A stretch of DNA of 64,000 bases from NCBI GenBank assembly GCA_904063045.1, contig CAJFCJ010000005.1, forward strand, positions 697,988 through 761,987. Reading direction: 5' to 3'. A program made the position numbers and the translations under genes. Below the pieces are notes generated by a model. That model ran no database searches. It was given only the letters and a program-made list of their open reading frames with translations, and had not been told where the DNA came from. This DNA is from Dimorphilus gyrociliatus (taxonomy: Eukaryota; Animalia; Annelida). Positions 30,101 to 43,898 of this stretch are shown here, piece after piece (position 1 is the stretch's first letter; every line of letters begins with the position of its first letter).

Positions 30101-31995
30101 AGTCGTCGTGTAAAACTTTTCAAGTGGTTCATTGAGCTTAATTATCCGATCACATGGCAATTAGCATGAAGAGAAAAGCTGTTCGATTATAGTTAACACG
30201 ACGTAGAAAAGATTTCGAAAGAGTAGTTAATTAATTGAAAAGATTTAGTCTTCTAATCTCCATTTGATATCATTACCCGCTTTGTTACGTAGTAATTCAA
30301 TTAACTCCATTTCGTTGCTTAACTAGAGAAAGGAAATATTCAACAGACGTAACGCTTGTCTGTAATTTTTTCAAACGACACTTTGATCATAGATTATATT
30401 AGATATAGAGCTTGGCCAAGTTCTAGTAATAATATTTCAGTGGAGGGGGAAATCTTCTACACTTCCCTTCTTGTCTTAGAAAGAGCATTTTTTTTTATCT
30501 ACTGTATATTATGCAAAGATTGAGATCTTCATTGTGTTTTTCCTTAAGAACACTTTGCAAAATGTTCGTTTCCTTTTCCCATAACGTAAGTTAAAAATAG
30601 ACGCCTGGACGTTTACAGTATTGTGTTTACTTTTTTTTTTTATTCAACATTGACCGTCACTTCATACCGCATACATAAACAAATAGCCATTGGTGCCTTT
30701 CCCTAAACAAACGCTGATATCCGTAATCAATAGCCTATACAGTGACAGTACTCAGTCTTTTTTTGTATATAATTCATTGAAAGTAAAATAGACGCCCTTG
30801 TTATTCAAGACCTAGCCGATTAGTTATGTTTGCATAACTACAAGTCATGAAATGAGTGCCTTTTGCCCGGTAAAGTGCTTCAATTTGACCTAATTGCAAT
30901 CCAAACACTCATACCTGACAATTTTTTTGTCATTACGGATGCGCATCGAATGTTCAGTTAGTTACTCATTCGTTGACAGTTGAAGAGCCTACAGAGTATT
31001 AAACTTTGTGAAACTCGATTCCTCTCATCTCCTATGTAATGAAAAAGCATAAAATTATACAGAAACCGTACTATTTACCATATTTTACTTAAACGAAAGA
31101 ACAAAGATGTCCATCAGCTAATTCAATTTCAAAGCGACTCTTTTAAAGGAATCATACGATGAATGACGATCAATAGATATAATAATTTTAATGTAATAGG
31201 AATAATAGTTCATTAAGCATATTACATATAAGGTTAGTTATCGCTAAACTCCTTCTTATCATCATCTGCAAAAGGATATTGGAATCGTGGATAGTAGCAT
31301 AAATTGCAAATTTTATATAGCTTACTAGACAACGAAGTGAGCTTTCACTTATCTTTGATATCCGAAGAGAAAATTATATACAAGGAAACGGAATCAAGAA
31401 TATGATCTTTACAAAAAAACAGTGCGAAAGAGAGAATCTTTTGAAATCGACTAAGAAAACGATAGAACGGCGGGTCAAAAGCCTGTGACACCTGAGCCGT
31501 GTGTTGGAAAAATGCTAATTGAAACTTTTGTTTTACGTTAAAGAATACATGGCTCTCTCTATCTCTTGCCTCTTCTTTTAAACTGGTCGAAATAAGCAGT
31601 TTTCCTGCTCTCGTTTTCCAGAAAAAAAATACTATTCCCAGTATTTTAATGCAGCACGTATAAAATTGAAAGAGGGGAACATGCAATAGAGTGATCGAGG
31701 GAGGGAATAAAGAAAGAGAAAAAAGAGAGAAAATGGAGAGAAGGGAGGATTTCTTGCTCCAGCAACGATGGATTTAAGGGTAAAGAATTTAATGACACGG
31801 TACAACGAGCTAAATACTCTTTGTATGTTATAAAAGTAATTATGGGCGTCAGGGGAATATGAAAATACATAGAATTTACGAGAACAGCTCTTATGTAATC
31901 GGTAGTCTGGTTGCGTTCAATATTAAATGCCATCATAAATTATTCTCTTCGCTGTAGACGTCCCGTCTCTCTATTAACTGTCATATTTAACAAAC

Positions 31996-32042
<47 letters not shown>

Positions 32043-35000
32043 AGAATTCCTTGTTTTGTATGTCTGTCAATCTTTGTTCACGTCTGAAATGAGTCTCGCT
32101 CTCCGGTTTTCTCATCTCCATTAGGCCTCTTTACTACAATGAGCGACTTCGACTAATAATCTGAGCCATAAGAGACTGTAGGAATAATCGTAAGTCAAAT
32201 GTACGTAAATTTCATCTTCTACAGCCATCATGTTCTCAACTCTCTCTCTCTCTCTCTGTTTTTTCCCCCAACTTATTTTCTCATCATTTAGCACAATCAC
32301 TTTTTTATGGTTTTAACCTTAGCAATGAATAGATAATTCTTGGATTGGTGAAGAAAAATAAACCAGGATGAAACTCTAGGTGGAAAACTGGTTCCGGTGG
32401 CATTTACCCAATGCTAAAGTATACGTGTTTTCTGTATATATTGTAATACCCTAAGGATTAATGGGAATTTGCAAAATGTTTCAAAAAGAACGCTCCAACA
32501 TCATTTAAATTATATTTCCTCTCTTTTCCAGACAGCTCAGGAATATTCAAGGTTATATAGCTCAAGTGTTTCATCCTCGGATTACAACGAATTCTCTGGT
32601 TACGCCTACGATGGCATTTGGGCTATAGCATTGGCGCTTCACAAAACTCTTAATGAATACGGCATTGTGCAATCCGAATTACGTAACAACTCTGATCTGC
32701 TGCTAGACGCTTTGAATAATACGGACTTTATTGGCGTCACGGTGCGTATGGACGTCATTTCCGATAAGCTTCGTATGCAGCCGGAAGTGGCACATTTTTG
32801 CATTCACTCCCTTTTCATTTTCCTTTCTTTTTTCTTTTTTTTTATAAAGACACAATAGGATATTATTCTTGTCCGTTTGCTCCTAGGTTCTTAACGAACA
32901 GTAAGAAGTGCTTTCAGTATGAATTATGCAAAGATAACTGTAAATAAGATATATTACCGTAGTAAGGGTTACGATATAGAGTTCTTAAAGTTATCAAAAT
33001 CATTTGTAAGTTTTAATGTCCAATTAAGCTAAGACGTTTTCTAGATTATTGAGGTTATATAGTGGTTGTTACAGCGATTGCCTTCAGCTTCAAATGCAAA
33101 CGAAAAGCGTGAGAGTTTTGAAAGGCGAGAAACTAATAAATTCTGTACCGTCAATTGATAAAAGATATAATCTCATTCATGAATATCGGCGACACAAGGA
33201 TGATTGAAAGAGGAGAAGCATTAAGGTAAAGAGAGAAGAAGGAAAGAAGGAAAGAAAGCATAGGAAAGAGAATTAATATTCTAGTTTATTGAAAGAAAAG
33301 TCTGAGCCGAAATCAATTTTTTTAATATAACGTTTTTGTAGTTTATTTAAAAAACGTTATATTAGTGTGATATTTTTCCAGTTGACTGCAAACAAAAGAA
33401 AAAAAAGAGTAAACCGCAAAGTTTTTATAAAAACTCACAAGTATAGGTTAACGTAGCGTATAGTATAAACAGTAAACGACTATTCACGGCTTTCACCTGT
33501 AATGTTACCGCACTACCCAATCTAAGCCTATATACACGTTGCACTATTTAATACAAACAATGGCAAACAAACGAGTGCAATTATCGGCATTATTTACTTC
33601 TCTCAGACATCAATAATTCATCAATATCCGACCAGTTAAAATAAAAAAAAGAGTTTTTCAGAATTTTGCAGCTGCCGCCAGAAATTCGCCCAACTGGAAA
33701 ATTTTTTACCTCTACATAAACAACAGAAGCTATAGGCCTAATCCATAGGGAACCCTTTTCTTTATCTTTGTTTGTCAGACCGAGTTTGCCAATGCAAGTA
33801 AAGCTATGCAGCCAAAAAATTCCAATAATCCGTGAACAAACAATAGCAGTTTGCTAGGCAAATAACCAGATTTTTGGTATAGACCTAGCTGTCTTAAAGG
33901 GTGTCTGTCATAAAAAGTTTGTCAAGGGTTTTATCTCTTAAAAGGCCGATTGAGGTGCCTAGAATGGAATTACTCGTAATTTCCTTTATCACTTTTTCCA
34001 CCAATATAGTTTATTGTGCATTTAACACAAAGCAAATCAAGATTTTCCCTCCTCGAAAAATATCATATAAAGTGGAGTGTTTGTCATGTAGTTTGTAAAA
34101 CGTGATGCGGTATTGGAATATAAAGTAGTCTGTATGGGCTGATCTGGGTAAATATTTAGCTTGTGATTTAATACCTAACGGGACAAACCTTGTAATAAAT
34201 CCCGCACCAATTTAACGATCCCATTAAATGTTACTTTTTCGTATTTACCTGAGAACTTTTTGAGAGAATCTCTCTGTTCGCTCTCTCTCTCTCTCTCTTG
34301 AAAAAGTGTCTCTCAACTTTTCTAAAATCTATGCAAATTTTATGGCCGACGTTTTCATTTGCATCTCAATTCTTATACATATACAGTATTTAAATATCTC
34401 TATATATATATATATAAAACTTTTCTCTCTTTTCAGGGTGACGTCCAATTTAGGAAAGGCGATCGTGTAGGCAGTATTCTACTACAGCAAATGCAGGGTA
34501 AGCGTCTAACGGATCGTGGGAATTGAAAAAAGTAATACAGAATAATCATTGCAGGCGGTCGTCTCGTTAAAATAGGCGAATATCATGCAAACAACGACAC
34601 ACTCAATTTAGAGGCACCCAATTCCAGTTCAATTATTTGGCCCAGTTTGTATATTTTTCTTTACCATTCCCTTGTTCTTAATTTTTCTTTCCTTATCGTA
34701 CGCTTATCTCCGTTTATCCATATAGAAAATAAACAACCCCGTGATCGTACGAGACAGAGGCTCCATCTACAGAGAGTCAACCTAACTATCTACGCAATCT
34801 TATGTACAATTTCGTCCATAGGCATAATAATTGCTTTGGTGTTTTTGGGTATAAATATAAAATTTAGAAATCATAGGTATGAGATTATCATAAATGGATT
34901 GCACTTTTTGGGAAAAGAGTTGGGCATCTATCTATGGGAAGGAATAAGCCTTTTTTCCCATATTGACAATCAATTCATATTGCTAATATATACAGTCTAT

Positions 35001-38000
35001 AACTTGTAACTTTTTGCCATTTTTCTAGATATATCAGAATGTCATCGCCCAATCTCAATAACGTGATAGTTATTGGTTGTATATTAGCTTATACAAGCGT
35101 TTTCCTATTAGGAGCTGACGGGGTGGAGCAGTCGTCTACAAATTTCCGCTATTTGTGCACAGTAAGTATTTAATCCTCACTAATCCGTCTCTAATCCAGT
35201 CCGCCAGTTTGTTTAGTTTATATTCGCCAACTTTCCCTTTTTTTTTTAATGAGAAAATTAAACATTAGCCTTGTTAAACATGGTACTCGTTACAATCAGA
35301 TTTCTTTACTGAATAAAGACGGAAAAGGCTAGATAAAAGTAAAGAATGGGGAAGGGAAATAATAAGAAGAAAGGGAAGTAATACGTAAAACATAACGACA
35401 ATACGGTAAAATGTTGAGGAGTATTTGAAATTTACCGCTCTTCCTTCCCCTCAAAATCTTATCAAAGAAAAAGAAGAGAAAAAAGGCAACCAGAAGAGTT
35501 TCTATCCAACTTCTCTCCTCTCGCTATTCTTTTCCAATTATAAAGTCTATCAGCCTTTTACCAACATATTTTTTGAGTAGATACTTAATTATAAACCTAT
35601 TTGAAAAGAATAACTCCGTAGTTAGAAAGGAAGTATGATATTACCACGTGAGATTGTAGTACAATACTGTATAAAGTACTATATTGTATAATAGATTAAA
35701 AATAATATACACGAGTATACAGTATATTATATACTATTTATCCCACCTTCCATTGAATTCCTATAATCGATAACTAAATCCACTCCAACAAAACAATCAA
35801 TAATACTGATTGTGCCATTATTGATAATGTATGAGGAATGGTGAACGTGTTTGAAAATATTATCTATTTTATGTTTTGACAGCTGTATATTTTTTCCCTA
35901 ATATTCAAAGATTTCTTTTTTATTATGTCATTATGTTATTCATACTTCCTCTGGGTTTTTCTTTCGGTTTAGTCTGTTTATAAATACCGTTTCTTCCGCA
36001 TTTTTGAGGGAAAAAAGAGGAAGAGGAGGAGGAGGAAACTTTAGATATTTTTTTTTCTTTTCAATCCTCTCCTCCCTCGTTTATATTGTTCAAGAACGAC
36101 AAAAAACATAATACATTCGCAATCCTATTATTCTTATTCCAAAGGTTTGCGACCAATAGTTTTTATTACAGTTAAATAAATCATCGTTCAGATGCCAGTT
36201 AAATCCCTAGTACTAGCTTTCATTCTATTCATTTGAGTTCTCTCTCTTTGTATAGGCGTTAGGGCGTTTGCCCTTTTTCTGTGTTCTTCTGCTACTTTGG
36301 CCGCTGCCTGCTCTCTAAGTATAGTCCAATCAAACTTTTTGTCGTATTCGTAATTCAAAGTTCTTGTCAAAATTCTAAACAACTGTCTCAAATACATATA
36401 ATCCGGACATTCTTCGAATCGAAGGCCTCTACAGTAGTTAATATACATACTAAATTCAGCCGGATATCCTTTGCAAAGAACTTCAACGGGAGTGGCGATT
36501 TTCTTTTCTGAAATCTTTTCGTATTTCTGCTTTTTCGTGTTCGCCTTCAAGCCTTGCCAGGGGAGAGATCCTCTTAGAAAGTACATTAATACATATCCGA
36601 GACTTTCCATATCGTCCCTTCTAGATTGTTCGGCACCTTGGTGAGCGTTAATAGAGGCGTAGCGGGCTGTACCAGTCAAGTTTTTATCGTCTCGAAAAGA
36701 AATATGCTGTTTACTCCTCGGGTCTCTATACTTTTTTGCGAGACCAAAGTCGACAATAAATAGTCTATTAAGAGAGTGTCCAGTGCCCATAAGGAAGTTG
36801 TCTGGTTTAATATCCCTATGTATAAAGTTCTTTTGGTGAATATACTCTATTCTACTTATGGCCTGGTCAGCAATCATAAGTGTGGTTTTAGTCGAGAATC
36901 TTCTCTGACAGAAATTGAATAAATCCTCTAGACTTGGTCCAAGAAGATCGATAACCAGGGCTAAAAATTCTTTTTCATACTGACCGAACCATCGTAGTCG
37001 TGCTATCCCGGTACCTTGGTTACCCTGTAGTATCCTATAAACTTTACTTTCGCCATACAATTGCGGATGTCTTGCTTTACAGCTTTCAATTTTGACGGCA
37101 ACTTCTTCGCCAGTTTGTACGTTTACAGCTAAATAAATGTCGCCGAAACTACCACCGCCAATTTTCCTTATTAATCGATATTTTGTTGTATTTCCAACAT
37201 AATATTCACCGCCGCTTATTCGGTCTCGTTCGCTCATTGTCGAATGACTTAGATTTTCTTGTACACAACTGACTAATCCTCCTCCGTAATCCGCTTTATT
37301 TCAGCCATTCGACCGCCTAGTTGCAAACGAGACAAACGCCGAATATGAATCAATAACTTTCAAAACGACGTGTAATCAATTATTCATTTTTTTTTCTCTT
37401 ATGTATGTACGGCGTGTATAGGCCTGCGCATTGAAAATAGGAAGTGGGTTGGGCCTATGACAAACTATCGCCCCTCCCTGTTCTATTTATTTTATACTGT
37501 ATAAAAAAAATATCGGTGTAAAATACAAGTGTATATAATAGATTAAGTAGTCTGAGTGTATGGATTAGACATAATAATTGTGAATAAAGGCAGGGTAAGG
37601 TTAAACAGCCAACAGACTTGTAAGACGTGGTCTACTTGGCCAATCAAATTGTCTTTCCCTTTAACAAGCAGACGTCATCGACTGGATAAATTATTTCAAA
37701 GGATTAGGGCAGTAGGGTGGTTAAGGTTGTAGAAAGAGACGCCAGTGCAACGTCTTGCTTGTACTTTTCTATCGAAATCCAATTACAGCACTAAAAATGC
37801 TTTGCCTAAGGAACAGTTTAAACCTTCCAATAGCTTAACAAAAGGGAAAGAGCGAAATAAAAAAAAAAGGGGAAAAGAGAAAAAAGAAGGTGGGATGGTT
37901 TTTTTGTTTTAAAAAAAAGAATCATTAAAGTATTAAATGACTCTTGACAAATTAATTAGTGTGAAAATACTTGGAAGAAAAAAACACAATTTCCATTCAA

Positions 38001-40054
38001 TATATTGTATTTGTCTTTTCTTCCTATTACAGATTCGGTCTTGGGTGCTTGCGATAGCTTTTACTCTTTCATTTGGCGCTATGTTCTCGAAAACTTGGCG
38101 AGTTCATTCTATTTTTACGAATATTCAATTAAATAAGAAAGTAAATAGGTTTTTTTCGAGGTTTTATTCGCTTTTATTTACTTGAAAAAAAAAACACAGG
38201 CAATTAAAGATACAAAATTATTTCTTATCGTCGTCTTCCTTTTCATGGTCGACATCATTATTCTGGCAACTTGGCACATCATCGATCCCATTAAGAAGGA
38301 ACGCAGAGAATTATCGCCTCAGGTTTGGCAAGGACCTATTTGGCTAGCACGTTCTTTACTCTTTTCTTTTGCATTAAATAGGTCGATGGCGAGGAAGACG
38401 ATCTAGAAATAATTCCCATTCTAGAATATTGCAGTTGCTCCCATATGACCATTTGGATTGGAACTGTGTACGCCTTTAAAGGCTTGTTGTTAGTCGTCGG
38501 CTGCTTTCTAGCTTGGGAAACACGTCACGTAACGATGCCGGCCTTGAACGATAGCAAATACATTGGCATGTCCGTCTACAATATAGTGATAATGTGTATT
38601 AGTGGAGCTGCAATCTCAGTTCTCATTTCGCATAAAGTTGACGCTTCGTTCCTCATTTTATCTCTTTTCATAATATTCGCAACGTCAATAACTCTGTGCC
38701 TAGTTTTCGTGCCGAAGCTGATAGAGTTAAGGAAAGATCCGAAGGGTTAGTAAGCTAATAATTATTACGCTAATTGGAGACCATTGGTCGTTTCTCTTTT
38801 CTTTTACTTATAAAGGAGAGGAGAGGAGAGTAAGGGCTTGCACGGTCAGGAAACCTCTAACGAATTCCGAAGAACAGTCAAAATGGAATGCTAATTCCCT
38901 TAGGCAAAAGAATAGGCAGCTGGAGGAAGAGAATAGACAATTCAGGAGTAAAATAGAAAGGGTAACTAGCTTAAGCTGAGTTTATAAGTGTTGCCGTTTG
39001 GTGGCGTTTTAGTTGCAGCGTTTAGCCTCCTAAGCCACATATACTGTATATTAGTTTATATATATATATATACTAATATATACATATATTAGTATATATA
39101 TATTGTATATACTGTATATAGTATGCACCGCAGACAGTCGCCATCTACCGTTTAAAAGTATATTTCTTGCTTAAATTTTTCAGCAAAACGAAGAAGTTCG
39201 ACGTATACTTGACAAACTAAATGAATTAGGCGATAATTCAAAGATGATCTTCCAGGTGCCAAATTCAATAGAGTTAACAGATATCAGGTAGGTTGTCATT
39301 TTTTTTTTACTCTGACTAAATGTTTATGAAAACTTCACATTTAATAAATTAAACTAAGAAATTTACCTGTATTTTCTCTTAGCTCTAAGACTTTCAAGGG
39401 TGACAGGGAGCGCGACCTACGGTAAGCTACAAAAAAAAAGAATTATCTCGCCTGATTGATAATATAGATAATCTAACTGTCACGTTTCTTTTATTCAGAT
39501 CAATAAAAACTCCCTCCTATCAAGGGTTGAAAGTTATTTCTGACATATGCAATCTGAAAGAAACTGAGATATTATCAGATGAATCGGATGATGATTCCAA
39601 GAATAGCATAGGTAATAAATCTCATGTAATATTCAGTCATTCTTATTAGTTTCTCTATTGACAACAAGCCTAATTTGAAAATATTAACAAGGCAAAGAAA
39701 TATAACGATGATGTAAAGAGTGTAAGAGAGAAAAGTAGGACTGAATGATAACGATTATATTAGTTATATTTGTATCTGTATATAATATTGATTTTATCAA
39801 TATAATGATGGTGAGGATGATACTTCGAGCACCCTTTCTTAACTCTGAGCACTTATTTTTGTCCTTAAAGATCTAATTTTTGCAAATGATCTAAATCTCT
39901 CCTTTACCTCTTTACATGAATTCGACTGAATAACAGTCAAATTTTATAGAATTAACGAATAACAAAGCATGCACTTTTTTCTTTGTTTTTTCTCTTGCAT
40001 GATACAGATGTGAATGAGGAAACGGACCCTTCAGCATCCCTCTTATCATCCTAA
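24805..40054 (+). CDS. GABBR2: GABA-B receptor subunit 2 (class C GPCR)
   Basis: Exons (some ends approximate): 24805-25032, 29224-29544, 29657-29821, 29877-30062, 32532-32741, 34437-34497, 34555-34644, 34726-34876, 35029-35161, 38033-38140, 38200-38322, 38382-38745, 38816-38961, 39184-39287, 39383-39421, 39499-39611, probable last exon 40008-40054. Signal peptide, then Venus-flytrap motifs (GILPAVELA; [28 protein letters not shown], close to insect GABA-B-R2), 7TM motifs ([42 protein letters not shown]) and a C-terminal coiled coil. The last 3-4 exons are less certain. Confidence 0.92.
27097..27152. repeat. (TA)n microsatellite, ~28 units, in GABBR2 intron 1
   Basis: Perfect TA run preceded by atactg. 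Confidence 0.95.
27922..27956 (+). repeat. Poly-G tract with G-quadruplex potential in GABBR2 intron 1
   Basis: G7-A-G12 followed by cggtgagaggg, in otherwise AT-rich DNA. Confidence 0.6.
36188..37237 (-). CDS. CSNK1A1: Casein kinase 1 alpha-like Ser/Thr kinase, intronless, nested antisense in GABBR2 intron 9
   Basis: Single 349-aa ORF with [56 protein letters not shown] and CK1alpha-type [21 protein letters not shown]. Lies inside the intron 35162-38032 of GABBR2. Confidence 0.93.
   Translation of the reverse strand: MSERDRISGGEYYVGNTTKYRLIRKIGGGSFGDIYLAVNVQTGEEVAVKIESCKARHPQLYGESKVYRILQGNQGTGIARLRWFGQYEKEFLALVIDLLGPSLEDLFNFCQRRFSTKTTLMIADQAISRIEYIHQKNFIHRDIKPDNFLMGTGHSLNRLFIVDFGLAKKYRDPRSKQHISFRDDKNLTGTARYASINAHQGAEQSRRDDMESLGYVLMYFLRGSLPWQGLKANTKKQKYEKISEKKIATPVEVLCKGYPAEFSMYINYCRGLRFEECPDYMYLRQLFRILTRTLNYEYDKKFDWTILREQAAAKVAEEHRKRANALTPIQRERTQMNRMKASTRDLTGI
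39062..39103. repeat. AT-rich perfect palindrome (20-bp arms, 2-nt loop) in a GABBR2 intron
   Basis: atatatatatactaatatat-ac-atatattagtatatatatat: the arms are exact reverse complements. Confidence 0.8.
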
Positions 40055-40281
40055 AAGAATTTTTTATAACATGGGTATGTCACTTCTAATAACCTTATTA
40101 AAAAGAGTCATACTTATCAATACAATTTGATCGTATAAGCTAGAACCTCTCTACCTTCCTTCATCTTCCTCTTTCCAATTACTAACGAACATAGGATGAG
40201 TTAATTAAATGATTTGCTGCTTGAATCAAAAAGGATTTCGATCACTGTGAATAAGAGTTTACTTAAAAAAAAAATATATAT

Positions 40282-40284
40282 ATA

Positions 40285-40342
<58 letters not shown>

Positions 40343-40349
40343 TGTATAT
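40282..40349. repeat. (TA)n microsatellite flanked by direct ACTGTAT repeats
   Basis: atactgt-(at)~27-actgtatat, between the GABBR2 and nvd 3' ends. Confidence 0.95.
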
Positions 40350-41075
40350 TATCTTACAAAACAACCAACAACTTTTGATTTAAATTATTCCAGTGTTTTT
40401 CGTTAAAATATAATAATCAATTACGAATTGCTGTTCTCAAAGAGAGGAAGGAGGAAACAGGAGCGAATTATTGTGAAACCGCTAGAGAAGTAAGCAGAAA
40501 GAATGAAGAAACTGTTGAAAGCAGGTTGGAAGATGGTACGATGAATTTTCGATGTGATTTAATAGATTACATTTGACTCTGTAAATGCTAAAATCCATTT
40601 TACTGTTGCTGACTTGAGAAAACTGCTGATGAACTTATTTTACAGTTGTAAATAAGCAATCTTTTGTTTTTTTTCTTGGAAAAAGAAACTTTCGGATCAA
40701 CTAAAATTTGACTTTTCTCTCCGAATTTCTACTAAAAACTTAATAAAATAAGAAAATTGGCACGAACATGAGTAACTTGCCCTAAATATACGAGCTAATG
40801 ATGCAAATTTACAGGGACCTCACGCAATATTTCAACATTTTCAACGTTTTATATTTCAAAGAGAATAAGAAGGAGGAAGAGGACAAAGTTGAAAAAAGAA
40901 GGAGAATATTAAATCAACATTTATTCTCTACATTCTGCAAGGAACATTTGAAGGCAATTGTTTGTTGATCTTGAATTCAATAGTGAATTAATGTGAAAAA
41001 GAGTAAAATGATAAATTAATACATTTCATAAAAGGAAACACTTCGTTAATTGACTAACACCGGTTATTTTTTTCG

Positions 41076-42986
41076 CTACCAAGTTAGATCGTCTTTCCTA
41101 AAGGTTATTTTCGGGCTATTTTTTGAATAAAATTGCATATACCATCTTCTATGCTTACTGAGCATCTGATCTTCAAACGATTTTACGTAGCAGGGTTTAG
41201 CTAGAAATTTTTTATTGTTCCAAATCATTATGTCTCTTTCAACTTGTAAAGCTTCGGCGAACAAATAGATTTTTCCTAAAATTCTCGGTGAAAACCAAGG
41301 AGTATATATGTGATGGACGAGTTTTTGTTTTAAGGGTTCCATTGGAGTAAGATGCTGTAATAGATAGCAGTCCCCAAGGAATGTATGTAGAACTAAATAG
41401 ACAATACCGGGACCAATTTGATTAACGGTAACTTTTAAATCCATAAATGAGAGTTTAAAACCAAAAATCTTGAGAGAATGAGTTAATTTCATTTCTCCAA
41501 TATGGGCTTCATCGCCACTCAAAGCTTTCCATTCCCCATTCCAACAGTGCTCTAAGAACTGCCAAAATTTGTTATAAGTAAATCTCAGATCAGTCCCGGC
41601 GGCAATGACTGGGCCATGAACTTGAGAAAGATGACTAAAATCGGCTCCATTTTCTGGAATTTCCTGAATATGGCAGCTAATATAGTGCTCCGACCTTCCG
41701 TCATAGTCGAGCGAGTCATTCTGCAGTCCGTCTACTTCAGGAGGCATCCAACTGGGTTCATTATCTTCGGCATGATACCATATATAGATAAAATTATTCC
41801 GTTCCAAAATAGTATAAGATTTAACTTTAGCAACGTCAGGAACTGGTGAAAAGACATGGACACTTTAATAATATAGTTTTATGCGTTTCTTACGCTTGTC
41901 TATGTAAATGAGAATATCTGATTATCTTCTCTGTTTTTTCGACATGCAGCTATTATTTATTATTTCCTTCTTAGCCTCCACGAACTAATGCTAACTAATG
42001 TTAGTCTATTATTCGCAGAGGCTCAATATAAAATTTACATGTCCAGCTTTTCTAATTCATTGAATTATTAGGTCGATTCATTCTTTTAACCAATAAATTG
42101 ATTGGCAATTATCAGTTTTAAAGAGACTCATTGAATCTTTTACGAGATAAGATTCAATTCATTAGAAATTATGTGAATACACGTTTAGCCCTTTGGTCGG
42201 ATTTGTCACGTGTCTGATAAGAATTTCTATGACACCGTCTGAAAAGTAAGAGTACTTACTGTTATCTGCGTATGGAATATGCTTGCATTTTCCGCTATCA
42301 CCATCGAATTTCCAACCATGGAAAGGACATTCGATACAGTTTCCTAATACTCTCCCACCTGCTGATAAATTTGCTCCCAAATGAGGACAGTAAGCATCAA
42401 TAGCTCTAACCCGACCGTCTTCACCTCTATATAGCGCCAAGTTCAAACCTAATAATAATAATAAGAAGATATAAATTTATATATATATATATATATATAT
42501 ACAGTATATGTATATAAAACCAAAAAAAGTATAATCAATTACACCTATTAGGGAGACATTGACTACTTGACCAACAACGAGGTTCCTACTCTCCTCAATA
42601 GCAAACCATCCGTTCGGATAGGCTGGCGGAATGTTACCGGTGTCTCTTCTTTTCGAAACAACATTCACCATTTCCTTCATTGAATAATTATTTTCCGGTA
42701 TATATCCCAAATCTCCAGGTTTTTTAATCCTATTTAATGGCACTAAAAATAGATTCCAACAACCTCTAACTATACTTAAAAGAGCAAAGATAGCAAATAG
42801 AATTAGGCCAGTGTGAACAAGGTCCAAATCTTTAGTAAATAAACTAATATTCCTGGATAGCACGTTTAAAGGATTAACGAAAGGAAAAGCATCCCATTCG
42901 GCAGTCGTTAAAATGGTTATATTAGTGTTGATGAAGAAAAGGGCAAGCCAGATTAGAAAAATGAAAAAAAAAACAACCTTCCACAT
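41076..42986 (-). CDS. nvd: Neverland/DAF-36-type Rieske oxygenase (cholesterol 7-desaturase)
   Basis: Three exons 42986-42545, 42448-42260, 41842-41076 (465 aa). N-terminal hydrophobic segments, PPAYPNGWF, Rieske motif CPHLGA...CPFHGW, non-heme Fe motif [14 protein letters not shown]-terminal [10 protein letters not shown] and RRWYMQFYS. Confidence 0.92.
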
Positions 42987-43898
42987 AATATCTTGAGCTC
43001 TTTAGTTTACCTCATTCAGCCAAGAAATGACTCTACATCTACGTTGATCGATAAGATATGCCTTATCAACTATTCTCATATGCTCTTAAATAATTTATTC
43101 TCATTTAATAAATATGAAAATGAATAAAAACCGCTTTAGACATACAATACTATTAGATTATGATAAAAGCAAACTTTTAAAGAAAAACATCCTCTCCCTA
43201 TTATTCCTTTGGCATTACTTTATCAATCGTTATACGTCGCTTAATTCTTTATCTAATTATTATCATTTTTTATGCCATTCGATTACAAGGATGTAAAGAG
43301 TTCCGTTTTTTTAATGTTCATTTTGCTGTTGTTTTATAAACAAGAGAATGCTTAAGAAGAAATTGAAAAAAATCAACAGCAATTAGTTCGATTTCGATTT
43401 TACTGTAGAAAAATATTTAAGACTTTTCTTCTTAGAGGATTATCAATCCTCTGTTGAGAGATTTTGATCAAAGGAAAAACGAAAGACCTAGCTCGTATTA
43501 AAATAATTTTTCTTTTCCTTCTTCCTAGCATGTTCGCTTGATAAAAGAGTTAATGAGTAACCGTGTGAATTTCACTCCGTTGAAAAGGTCGGTCATTACC
43601 CCTCAAGAAATGTTAGAGTAAAACTCAATTTCCTTTATATTGTTATCAGTCTAGTAGAAGTTTTACTGCAGCGTTTCAATAATAACAATATCAAAATGAG
43701 AAAGCAGGGATTAAGATTAAATCAAAAATATAGAAATGCAGTAGATTATTAAATAATAGAAATTTATTGTTTCTGTAAGGAAATAAGATAAAAAATACAA
43801 AAAATTTACTTAATAATGCTATCTATTCTTCCTTGGTCTTATCGAAAAAGAAACTCAACTTACGAATGACAACAAGTGCTGCTTATAAAATGAAACAA

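Noticed and set aside
31345-31936. Two minus-strand ORFs in GABBR2 intron 4 as a second nested gene
   Set aside because: TTG start or low-complexity content, no recognisable motifs and no consistent splice model.
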